Origin: Cyanidioschyzon merolae
Lineage: Eukaryota
Length of the DNA: 64,000 nt
Reading direction: 5' to 3' (one strand)
Assembly (NCBI GenBank): GCA_000091205.1
Contig: AP006484.2
Below are positions 1-9,674 of the stretch, piece by piece. The first letter of the stretch is position 1; each line of letters starts with the position of its first letter. The translations under genes were made by a program, and so were the position numbers. The notes beneath the pieces were generated by a model, which was not told the origin of the DNA, ran no database searches, and saw only the letters and a list, made by a program, of their open reading frames with translations.

Positions 1-842
1 TCCTTTCAACGACGAAACGAACGTCGAAGACTGCCTCGGTCCGTTGAGAGCGACTTGCTGTTCCCGCTGCTTTTCTGTATAGTTCTTAACGGAAGCGCTG
101 CTGCCAGCTCCTCGAGAACGCGCCGCAAGCGCACGTCCCGAACGACTCTCGAGACTCTTCAAGTCCGGAAGCTTTCTCCTCAATGGGTCTAGTACAGGGC
201 TTTGGCTCGGGTATTCTGTTGTAGAGCTCCGAACACCTTCTACGAGCTGCTTTGTAGACACTCGTTTGTACGAGCTCGTCCCGGGTCGAGCGAAACAAGG
301 TACGGGTGCTGCCTTTCGCAGAAGCGCCTTTTACGAGCTGTTCTCGTGACACCGTGAGGCTTGTTTCGCTGGATCCAGCTCAAGCAAAACAAGTTCAGAA
401 CGCTTGCAGCGGAATATCCCGCGGGACACCTCGATCGCTGCAGCAACTGCCTAGTCGGGTAGCTTCACATAAAACATACCAACTTGTAGGACGACAACGT
501 TCTGACCCGAACTATTCTTTCAGGCGATAGGAAGCGTGTCGAGCTCGCCAGGCGCCTGAAGTACCAAGTGCCTGTGCCGGCTTCCCGCGGGACCAGGAAG
601 ACACCGAGCGCACGCGCCAGTATATGCGCTACTCGTTTAGACATGATCCCCAGAAAAACAGCACCTGACGCGACACATATTCGCCAAGCGTCGGACTCGC
701 AGTGAAAACGCTTCGACCGACCAGCAGCAGACTCCCTCAGCTGACCGCATCACACGTCAGGACTTGTAGACTGCTATAACGCATGGTATGTGGTCGAGCA
801 TCTCGCCGCTATGCCTGCCATATGAAGATACAGGCGCATCGC

Positions 843-3173
843 TCAAGGTTTCCAGCCCCAGACTTCGAGCACGACACATTCAAACTCGCCAAGGGATACC
901 TCATTCGCGGGCGCATCGAGACAGAGCGGCGGGTTATCGAAGGTTTCGCTGTACCCCGAAGTTCCGGATAGCAACGCGTCATCCAGTGAGAGCGCGAAGT
1001 GGGCGCCCCCGCCAACGGCGATGAAACGCGGTCCCGAATACTGGAAGAATGTATTCTTGCCGGTCCAGGGATAAGGTTCAACGTGTCCCTGAGCATCTGC
1101 TCGGAAGACGAAACACTCACCGGTCCCGTAGAAGGTGCTCGCGTTCGATCGCCAAGTCTCTGTGACGAAGGCCCCGAAAACATGACCAGCACGATCCCGC
1201 ACAGCAACAACGCTCTGCGAAGCGTGCTGGGTACGGTGGTAAAACGTATAGAGCGATGCCCCATGAATCGCGGTGGAGTACACGAGACACCAGACCGCGT
1301 CTCGATAGCGATGTGGCAGTGCGTTTCGTAGGGACTCGAAATGATCAGGCGAGAGCACTTGCGAGTGAAAATTCGCCGCTAATGTCACTGTGGCTGTTGC
1401 TGGAGCAGTGACAGCGGTAGTGGCGCCTGCTGGAGGCAGCGCGACCAATGACGACGACGACGTCGACGACACCACTCTTGACGTATGCATTCGAGACGAT
1501 CCCTCAGGTGCTTCTGAGCATGTATGCGCGGGATACGCAGCGACGTCGCAAGTCGATGACGTCCTCGTTCTAGCCGGACTCTCAGATGCCTCCCCGGATA
1601 CATGCGCACGGTCCATAGCCGAGTCGTGCGCTTCAGGCGCTCCGCGTGTCGCAAGAGGCGCAGACTTGTCTGCTGCGGTGCTTCTTGTCTCTAAAGCCGG
1701 CGAAGATGCCGCAGCACGCATTGCGCTCGAGTGGACGCGAGCATGGGCACTTCCATCATCGGCCGATTCCCGCTCTAATGATGGAACCGGGAAAGCGTCT
1801 GTCGTCGCTTTAGCAGCTGGCTGGCTCGGAGGCCATGCATCGACTCCACTCGCTGGGCTCCATTGGCTACTGATGTTGTCGTCGTCGTCGTCGGGAGCCG
1901 AAGCCTGCGACCATACCCACCGGCTTAGCATCCGACCAAAACTGCCCCAGAGATCATTTCCCGTTCCAGCGTCTTTCGTCGACTGCTCCGATCGGGCAAT
2001 GTCGATCGGATTTGTTGAGACATTCGCAGCCGAGGCAGCGCTGGGAGCTTGCCTCTCTTCCAGCTCATCGACGGTGCGCTGCTGGACAGTGATCTGCTCC
2101 AATAAAGCCGATATGGTCGTATTGCGGCAGAGAAACGCAAGTCTCTCCGTATCTGCTCCAGAATCCGTTTGAGCATCTGCTCGAGGTGTGCACGGCGAGC
2201 AGTCCACCTCCAGCCATGCCCATTCCGCGGGATTGATGAGCTGCTGGAAATCCTCAGCACAAGCCGGACGAATCTTCCAGCGTCTTCGAGTTGGTCCCAA
2301 TGGAAGTGTGATGTTATTCGCCTTATTGTCGTCGTCGTCGTCGGTATGAAGCGCGTCGGCTCCCAGCTGCCGCTCCAGGATGCACTGCAACACTGCAAAA
2401 GCCGACGGATTCGTGGGCGGAACAAGGTTGACAGAGCCTTCAAACGTAGCGTTGCCTACCCGAATCCAACCCACAAGGCTTTGTTGATGGCTGTTCGATG
2501 AATGATGATCCGCATGACTCGTGGCAGAACGTGCTGAGGTCGCTGGAGACGCGCTCCGGCCACTACTCTGTGGTGTGGCCGGCTGGATCGTGCACCAAGT
2601 TTCTGGACCTGCTTCTCTCACCGCGTCCTGCAAATAACGCTGGAGCAATTTTTGGAGCCGAACAATGTCAGCACGCAGGCTCTCTACTTCTCTTTCCACT
2701 AGTCTCCGACTGAAACGCATCTGGTCTACCTGGGTTCGCATCGCGGCGAGCTCCGCTTCCCAGCGATGTCTTTCCCAGGAACGACGTTGGTCGTCCATAC
2801 ATCCAGCAGCTTCTAAAGCTGCATCTGTGCGGATAACAGGTGATTGTTCGGGTGTCCGCTGCTGTTGTTTCTGCCCCACTGATACCCGCGGTTGCGTACC
2901 CGGTGGTGACAGTTGCTGGTCGGCGGAAGCGTCGGGTTGCTGCGGGTCAGGTCGAGTCCCTTTTCCTGCCTCCGAACGCGACGAGGCTTGCGGCTCCTTT
3001 CGATTATCGAGCACAAGAGCGCTCTTGCCCGAGTTCGTGTAGTTCAGGGGCGCTTGCTGCACGAAGCGGAACGGCTGTTCCAGGGAGACGCGTTCGCGCT
3101 CGTTCACAGTACCAGCAGCAGCAGCAGTTGCTGCTGCTGCTGCTGACTGCCTGGTACGTTCGTCCACATCCAT
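843..3173 (-). CDS. TLDc-domain protein (Oxr1/NCOA7-like), 776 aa. N-terminal region is low complexity and coiled coil with poly-A, poly-D and poly-Q runs. TLDc domain is C-terminal.
   Basis: Long ORF on the minus strand. The C-terminal 160 aa match the TLDc consensus (WCLVYSTAIHGASLYTFY...VFGAFVTETW...FYGTGECFVFR...WTGKNTFF...AVGGGAHFALSLDDAL...SETFDNPPL...LEVWGW). Confidence 0.8.
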   Translation of the reverse strand: MDVDERTRQSAAAAATAAAAGTVNERERVSLEQPFRFVQQAPLNYTNSGKSALVLDNRKEPQASSRSEAGKGTRPDPQQPDASADQQLSPPGTQPRVSVGQKQQQRTPEQSPVIRTDAALEAAGCMDDQRRSWERHRWEAELAAMRTQVDQMRFSRRLVEREVESLRADIVRLQKLLQRYLQDAVREAGPETWCTIQPATPQSSGRSASPATSARSATSHADHHSSNSHQQSLVGWIRVGNATFEGSVNLVPPTNPSAFAVLQCILERQLGADALHTDDDDDNKANNITLPLGPTRRRWKIRPACAEDFQQLINPAEWAWLEVDCSPCTPRADAQTDSGADTERLAFLCRNTTISALLEQITVQQRTVDELEERQAPSAASAANVSTNPIDIARSEQSTKDAGTGNDLWGSFGRMLSRWVWSQASAPDDDDDNISSQWSPASGVDAWPPSQPAAKATTDAFPVPSLERESADDGSAHARVHSSAMRAAASSPALETRSTAADKSAPLATRGAPEAHDSAMDRAHVSGEASESPARTRTSSTCDVAAYPAHTCSEAPEGSSRMHTSRVVSSTSSSSLVALPPAGATTAVTAPATATVTLAANFHSQVLSPDHFESLRNALPHRYRDAVWCLVYSTAIHGASLYTFYHRTQHASQSVVAVRDRAGHVFGAFVTETWRSNASTFYGTGECFVFRADAQGHVEPYPWTGKNTFFQYSGPRFIAVGGGAHFALSLDDALLSGTSGYSETFDNPPLCLDAPANEVSLGEFECVVLEVWGWKP
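3113..3145. repeat. 33-nt perfect palindrome (CAG)5-TTG-(CTG)5 at the 5' coding end of the TLDc gene
   Basis: Read directly in the sequence: cagcagcagcagcag ttg ctgctgctgctgctg. It can form a hairpin and encodes the Ala/Thr-rich N-terminus in the gene frame. Confidence 0.9.
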
Positions 3174-3872
3174 GAGTGGGCAGCAGAGCGCGCTTCAGCG
3201 TAACCTGCGTGGACGCTCACGGCATCCAGCTCTGTCGAGCGCTGTTTGCTCGCTGGTCACGAAACGCTCGAGCGCTTGCGCCTTACGGCGACTCGCGGGT
3301 CTCGAGCTTCGGTAGTCACTGTGATAGCGTTCAGACAAAAACCTGATGAAAAACTTGCACACCGATCTGGTCGAAGCGGAGAAGCTCAGCGGCGTTATGA
3401 GGGAGAGGAATCCCGTCTGTAAAGTCAGGTACGATGCGGATGGTGAGCCATTCTGGTCTTTCAAGTAAATTTTATTGCACCATTGCTGCAGTGTATAGCC
3501 GGAGATCGAAACCACGATGCAACGTACCGTATCGAAAACGAACAGACACGAACTTTTACATGGTAACGAGATAACAATTTCGTTCGACCTGTGCGGTAAA
3601 CGTTAGAGGGGAAAGCTTTCCGAATCGTCGAAAGTTTGCGTTCAGAGCGAAAGGTCCCTAGAACTGTACGAGTCTGCAGGGCTAGTGCTTCATGCTCTCA
3701 CAAGTGGCTGGTGCTTTGGCGAGACGTAAGCAAATCGTCCGCAACAAAGGTTATTCTGGGACTAGGAGGGGGTAGGCTGTGTCGGGGCGTCGCCCTGGTC
3801 GCAGTGGACTCCTAGTACATCGCTTCGGGCTACAGGCAGTAGGTCTGTCTCCGCAGCTTCCTGGCTCCCGGC

Positions 3873-4085
3873 ATGCTTATGTACTTCGACCCTCTGTCCG
3901 GTGAGCCACGCCACGCGGAGATGCCCGCAGTGGTATGGCAACGCCGTACAGTGTCCTTGATGCATCCGCTCCAGCGGCATAACTGCTATTACGAATGCAG
4001 CAGGGGAGGTACTCGGTGCAAGATAGAACGTATGGAACAACCAGTACATCCGAAAGGAAGTATACACAATGGGAATTGCAGCTAG
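3873..4085 (+). CDS. Small conserved ORF, family 1 copy A (70 aa), hypothetical
   Basis: The 70-aa ORF has a same-length paralogue at 20695-20907. Residues are conserved along the full length (M..DP..AVWQ..MH..QR..CS.GGTR..I.R..P..PKGS..N..C). Several codon differences are synonymous (gac/gat, cct/ccc, ggg/gga). Confidence 0.3.
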   Translation: MLMYFDPLSGEPRHAEMPAVVWQRRTVSLMHPLQRHNCYYECSRGGTRCKIERMEQPVHPKGSIHNGNCS

Positions 4086-4138
4086 GGTGCAGCATGATAG
4101 ACACTTTCCCCAAAGCCAATACCCATGCATTCCGCATC

Positions 4139-4179
4139 CTGGAATCCAAGGTCAACGTAAACGTTCTGTCATCGGCAAA
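4139..4179 (+). promoter_or_regulatory. Conserved ~40-nt motif copy A (ctggaatccaaggtcaacgtaaacgttctgtcatcggcaaa). Candidate cis-element upstream of the bromodomain gene.
   Basis: The same motif recurs at 20957-20996 and 63355-63394, each 190-480 bp upstream of a plus-strand gene and in the same orientation. Confidence 0.3.
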
Positions 4180-4200
4180 TAATCCGTTGCGGTCTTATCC

Positions 4201-4627
4201 ATCCTGTCTATGATATCCAATATTATACGTTTTCAGAATCTTCCTCGATGCAGCGTGTCCATAGAGCTCACTGCCATCCTGTCTATAATGTCCAATATTA
4301 ATCGTTTTCAGAACCTTCCTCGTTGCAGCGTGTCGATGGCGCTCACTGCCATCCTGTCTATAATGTCCAATATTATCCCTATTCAGAACCTTCCTGAATG
4401 CAGCGTGTCGATGGCGCTCACTGCCACCCTGTCTATAATATCCAATATTATCCCTATTCAGAATCTTCCTCGATGCAGCGTGTCGATGGCGCTCACTGCC
4501 ATCCTGTCTATAATATCCAATATTATCCCTATTCAGAATCTTCCTCGATGCAGCGTGTCGATGGCGCTCACTGCCATCCTGTCTATAATATCCAATATTA
4601 TCCCTATTCAGAACCTTCCTCGATGCA
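4201..4627. repeat. 75-bp tandem minisatellite, about 5.7 copies
   Basis: The unit atcctgtctataatatccaatattatccctattcagaatcttcctcgatgcagcgtgtcgatggcgctcactgcc repeats head to tail. The unit length is a multiple of 3, so ORFs stay open on both strands. Each unit contains two ATGs. Confidence 0.95.
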
Positions 4628-6632
4628 AGTCCCCGCGCCATTCCCGCATACTCCGCTGCGCCCTCTGGTTCGTATTTGCGACGTGCAGCGCACCAGTTCC
4701 ACCTGGATGCGTCGTACCCGCCAGCATGCACCCTTTGCTGGTAACAGTATATCCTATAGCGCTCGGGAAGATGACGGTTTCCCCGATAGAGAGGATCCCG
4801 GCGATCTCGCCCTCCCGGACGACAGCTGGTCGGCGACGGGCGACGACACCGAGTCCAGTGCAGCGACGACTCGGCGCCAGCGGGTAACGCGGCGGCGAGG
4901 TCGGGCTTCGTCTCCGAGCACCGACACCAGTGAGCCTGCGCGTCAACGACAGCGACGCTCGCGCACCTCTCACATCAGTGTCGGTGACGAGTCCGGACAA
5001 CGACCGACTATCCGGACGCGCTCGGCATCGTCGCTAGAAGCAGGCGGCGTGCCCCGAGCCACTTCATCTGATCAGGATACGTTTCGGAATACCGTGGCTA
5101 TTCTCATTGAGCAGGTACGGCAGCATGATCGTTATGGGTTCTTCTGTGCCCCGGTTGATCCGGAGGAGGCGCCTGACTATCACGAAGTGATCCCAGAGCC
5201 GATGGATCTCGGTACCATGCAGAGGAAGCTCGAGACAGGCAAATATCGGCGCCTCGACGAAGTTGAGCGTGACCTAGATCTTATCTGGCGCAACTGTTTC
5301 ACATATAATCCAACAAATAGCATTTACTACCGCGAGGCGGCACGAATGCAAAAGTGGGCGCTGAAACGGGTCCAGTGGGCGCGTCAGCGACTCTGCGGCA
5401 TTACGGGAGCGCCCAGTCCCGCCGAAGGACAAAGCTTCAGTACGTCAACGCATTCTCGTGATGAAAAGGTACAGCACACCCATTCGAGGATGGTGAAAGG
5501 CGTATCGCGTGGGTCCGCGGTGGCTCTGGACTCGGCACCGCGGATGACGGTACGACTCCAGACAGAACGTCATCGGGACCCGGCTGCAGTGCCCGGCACG
5601 AGCTCGGAGCTGCCTACCGCAACCGAAACTGAAGGCAAACCGAAACCCGTTGCCGAAATGGATGTTGTTCTGGATGAGGCGCTGGACCCAGAGGCATCGT
5701 ATGCGGTGGCAGCGCAGGACCCTGGCGCCTTTATCGAGCGCGTATGGCGAGCGTTCGTGACTCGCCAAGAGCGCTTGCGTATCGAGAAGGAGCACGAACG
5801 ACTGTATCACTATCCGCGTCACAGTTCGGAGGGCGAGCGTGCTGCTGCTGACCTAGCCAGGACGATGCTTTCGCAATGGCTCGGGAAAACGATCAAACGG
5901 GCTCCGAACGATGCGGAGAAATATTTGCTGGAAATTCTTTCCGCTGCAGAGCTACCCGCCGAAACTCTCCAGCGAATGGCAACAGCATTCACGAGTCAGC
6001 AGCAGAACGGAGCAACTGCAGCAGCATCTGTTGAGGAAAACCCGTCTTTGAAGTCGAGGCCTACAGTCGGACGTGGTACACATGCAGCCGCTTCGCATGA
6101 CGATGCCCAGACCCGAGGAGCGAGTGCTTCAGCAACGGACGACTCGCCCGAGACATCAAAGGACGCGTTCATCGCCTCGCGTTGGTATGCCTTGCGACGC
6201 TCTCTTGCAGCGCTCCGGTTGGCCCAGATACAGAACGCACCCCTTTCCGAGCAACTCCGCCGCTATGATACGGTGCTCGCGCTCCTAGCACGCCAGTTGG
6301 AGACCATCCCGCCACGATTGCTCTTAGCCGAGGGTGGAGTCGAGAGCATCCGCGCATTTGCGCAGCGCCTTGTCCAATATGAAGATTCTCGTGCCGAAGA
6401 CGCAACGCCAAATGCTGAGAGTTCTGGACAAACACCGATGGCGAGTGATCCAGATGCGACGCAGCCGCAAAAGGGTGCTACAGATGGCCATAGCGTCGGT
6501 CATCACCCGGCAGCGACACCAGGAGCCGCTCATGCAAACGATGGGGGCGCTCAGACGGATCGCCCGCATGACATCAAAGTCGACGGCGTTTTTTCTGCGG
6601 GGAACGCAACTATGCTCAGACCGCAGGTTTAG
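4398..6632 (+). CDS. Bromodomain-containing protein (744-aa ORF). True start uncertain: ORF-initial ATG at 4398 lies inside repeat unit 3; the 4623 ATG (partial unit 6) or a later ATG is also possible.
   Basis: Bromodomain signature FFCAPVDPEEAPDYHEVIPEPMDLGTMQRKLETGKYRRLDEVERDLDLIWRNCFTYNPTNSIYYREAARM. The first ~230 nt of the ORF are tandem repeat, encoding MQRVDGAHCHPVYNIQYYPYSESSS three times. Confidence 0.75.
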   Translation: MQRVDGAHCHPVYNIQYYPYSESSSMQRVDGAHCHPVYNIQYYPYSESSSMQRVDGAHCHPVYNIQYYPYSEPSSMQVPAPFPHTPLRPLVRICDVQRTSSTWMRRTRQHAPFAGNSISYSAREDDGFPDREDPGDLALPDDSWSATGDDTESSAATTRRQRVTRRRGRASSPSTDTSEPARQRQRRSRTSHISVGDESGQRPTIRTRSASSLEAGGVPRATSSDQDTFRNTVAILIEQVRQHDRYGFFCAPVDPEEAPDYHEVIPEPMDLGTMQRKLETGKYRRLDEVERDLDLIWRNCFTYNPTNSIYYREAARMQKWALKRVQWARQRLCGITGAPSPAEGQSFSTSTHSRDEKVQHTHSRMVKGVSRGSAVALDSAPRMTVRLQTERHRDPAAVPGTSSELPTATETEGKPKPVAEMDVVLDEALDPEASYAVAAQDPGAFIERVWRAFVTRQERLRIEKEHERLYHYPRHSSEGERAAADLARTMLSQWLGKTIKRAPNDAEKYLLEILSAAELPAETLQRMATAFTSQQQNGATAAASVEENPSLKSRPTVGRGTHAAASHDDAQTRGASASATDDSPETSKDAFIASRWYALRRSLAALRLAQIQNAPLSEQLRRYDTVLALLARQLETIPPRLLLAEGGVESIRAFAQRLVQYEDSRAEDATPNAESSGQTPMASDPDATQPQKGATDGHSVGHHPAATPGAAHANDGGAQTDRPHDIKVDGVFSAGNATMLRPQV

Positions 6633-9600
6633 GGAAGCGCGGAAAAATGTCGCCAATTCGTGCATTCGCTTTCCTGAGGCGTAACGTTTGTCGCCCAACG
6701 CGCTTCGTGATCGGCAGTGATGGCTCCTCACTTCACCAGATACGTCTCTGAAAGCCGCATGACTCACGATAAACGCCTTGTTTGCTTCCGAAGAGTTGCG
6801 AGCGGCACTTGTGTAGCACCGAGGCGGCGTCCATGTGCGAATGCTTTCAGCGACACGCGCCGGCTTGCTACTGTGTCCGAAGCTCATTGCGCAGCTGCGG
6901 TGGTTTCGTGAACGTCACCACCTAGACGCGCGTGGCAAGTGCGCTGGAGGTGTCGTGGAGGTCCCTTTGGTTATCGCCGTTGTGTTTGCTGGCGAAGCAG
7001 ATGGATGAACCGAGGATTGCCCGCTGTCTGGTGGGTATGCTGGGGCTCCACCGCGCTTCGGCATCGGAACGCTGATGGAGAACATTGCACTGAAACCGCT
7101 TCCAAGAAAGACACGGCGTCATCGGACTCCAACATGGAAAGGCACCGACACGCTGGGAAGACTAACCGGATTGAAACCGCTTCCACGAGAGATGCGGCCC
7201 CGTCCATGACTGTCTTTGGGGAACTCTCCATATGGGCAAGTCCTCACTGAACAGGACACCTACGCAAATATACTCTGATGACGAGCTCGCCATATGTCAT
7301 GCGTGGTCGGATCCAGTAACACCATTGCCCTCTGGATGCCGGTTCAACATCCTTGCGCCCCAATAGAAGACCAGATATGGACAGGGAATAGACTCCGGGT
7401 GTACATCCACGGCAGAAAACTCGGATGTGCACGCTAAAGCTGGGGTCTCTCGTATGCGTTATCATCAACACCAGCCGTTGCAGGCATTCTTCGTTGGATA
7501 CTTGCTCATCCTCCACTGTCCTCGGGTTTCAATACGCCGGTCGCGACTGCTCCCGGAGGTCCGTTGTCAGCGGTCGAAACGTGTTCATTGCTGGGAGTGA
7601 GTCCCGATCTCTCTGCTTCCGCTTGTTATTGTGGAGTTTCATGTACACGTAAAAGTCGCGATCTGCGTTTCGCTTCCCGTTGTTGTCTTCTTCCTGTACA
7701 GCCTCGTCGTGCACATCGCAACGGTGAAACTTGACTGTGGTCAGGTGCTTCCAAGAGTCGGCTACACACCATGCTCCGAAGGCGGAGCTGTATCGCGTGA
7801 ACGCTTGGTTCATCGCTCGACTCGGGCGCTCGAAGGGAACAAGAGGCCCCGCTCAATGTCGTAATCCGGTTTCACGCCAGATACCATACCCGACGATCCG
7901 GGGCTTTTTCTTCCAGGTATTATTGTCGCCGAGTAGTCTGTCTGCTGCACAAGTAGATGCAGGCGGTTCCATTCGGCAGAGGATTTGTGGTGCGCGATAA
8001 TGCCCACCATGAAACATGTACCGGAAGCAGCATCCAGTTTGGAGAAGAATCCGAAAATCTTGGATCCGTCTACGCTTGCTTCGTGGAAACCGGTGACGCG
8101 CTCTCCACTGGAAGCGAATGTTGCGGTGGCTAAATTACGAGTCCAAGACTTTTTTCCATGCAAACAGAAGAGACTCTGCACTCAACCAGCATATCCGGTT
8201 AGAGGGATCGTGTCGCTGCTGCATTCAGTTTCGCGGATGGCCATCGGAAAGCCTAGGATTTGTATTTCGAACGGATTCCTTTCATGGATGTCGAAAATAA
8301 GGGGTTTTTCGACATGAGCTTGCACGCAAGCAGTCAAGTAACGACGTCTACCGTATTGATTGCCGCCTATCCAGCGGCGTTGATCGCCACACACATACAT
8401 ACACACACACGAGTTGCCTTGAAAGAGAAAGATCGAAACGTTAAACACAGCGTAATTCGAGCATGCTACGTGTAACGAAAACAGAATAATGGAGGCTTGA
8501 ACATATGACCTGGAAGAGAATGTCAGTTGTTGAACGAACCCGTATTCAAGTTCGTCGCAGATCATCTTTATTCCGATCACGGAACGTATCCCAGTGGTAA
8601 AAGTTCGACACTGCATTTTGTGAAACACGTCCAGGAATCTCCATAAAAGTACCACTATATTTGCATCCGGCAGCATTGAGTACTGCACGTCGACTGTCCA
8701 CGCTGCACATTTATGAACAATTTCGGAACGAAAAACGAATACGGCGGGATGAGGTCGAGCAGTTCGGCGTTCCTTGTGCATCTGACACTTGTTTTATGAT
8801 TGCGTGACAAGACGCGAGACTTTGCACCACCTGGTCCTGGTTTATGATGTAGTATTCGTCTTACAAGCAACGTGAGCAACCTCCTATCCTGGAGACCACA
8901 CCATCACGCTATTGAATATTCGAACATGCACTGGAAGGTATACTCTTCAACGTCTTCATTGTTTGAAGCTCAGTACTAGGCGAGTAAAGTCTCTGGCTGT
9001 GGAGCGCAAGACACAGAGTTCCGGTGTCAGTGAATCGCTGGCCATCGCCTTGCTCTCGGTGCTGGCCTCAGGAGTACACGCGTACGCTCAGCGATACTGT
9101 CAAATATCAAACGCTGATCACGGAATGCAATGATGGACTGCTCTGGCTACCATGGATCATTATCATGATCATTGGGTCAATGGTTCCTGAAAAAACCGCA
9201 CAATAGATATCGCTGAACTTGCATGCGATCGAGTCTCCTATGAATTCCTTGAATAGACCGAATACACACGAAATACATTTCTCTATCCCGCGAAACGAGC
9301 ACCCATGCGACGATTCCAAGGACTTGTTCGGTAAACGAAAGCACACACACACACACATACACACGGAATGCCTTTTATGTCGTGCTGAACTGGCCTGTAA
9401 TCGGGCTCGAAGGGAACAAGCTCCCCGATGAGGTTATCGTCTAGGCGACCTCGACTCTCGTGCAGCCGGGTTCGCCCATGAAACCAGTGGATAAAACCCC
9501 CGTCGACGCACGGAACTATCAACGAGATGACAGCACCGGCTTTATCATGAAGACACCGTCTCATGGCATATGCTCGCCAGGGACTGCGCGTTCACTCCGC

Positions 9601-9674
9601 AATCATCATTGCAGTCATGTGTGGCGTCTGTTATCATGCACAGAGTCACGAGCAGTCTCCAAGTGGTATATCCA

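Noticed and set aside
1390-2172. 260-aa plus-strand ORF inside the TLDc gene, and similar antisense ORFs inside Mre11, CCT3, the WD40 gene and others
   Set aside because: They are antisense to well-supported conserved genes and are compositional artefacts of GC-rich coding DNA.
3990-4200. Possible 5S rRNA or snRNA gene, because of a gatccgaaaggaag / ctggaatcc.aggtc resemblance to 5S helices
   Set aside because: The spacing and length do not fit the 120-nt 5S rRNA, and there is no match to U1, U2, U4, U5 or U6 consensus starts. It is kept only as a conserved motif.
4201-4627. CRISPR-like array
   Set aside because: It is a pure tandem repeat with no unique spacers and the context is eukaryotic, so it is a minisatellite.
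4195-4887. Overlapping ORFs 4195-4731 (-) and 4210-4887 (+) encoding repetitive peptides
   Set aside because: They are artefacts of the 75-bp (multiple-of-3) tandem array, which keeps every frame open on both strands.
7829-9424. Two copies of gggcgctcgaagggaacaag about 1.6 kb apart, as candidate terminal direct repeats of an element
   Set aside because: Only about 22 nt are shared, the flanks do not extend the similarity, and no transposon proteins lie between them. This is mentioned only as context for the spacer.
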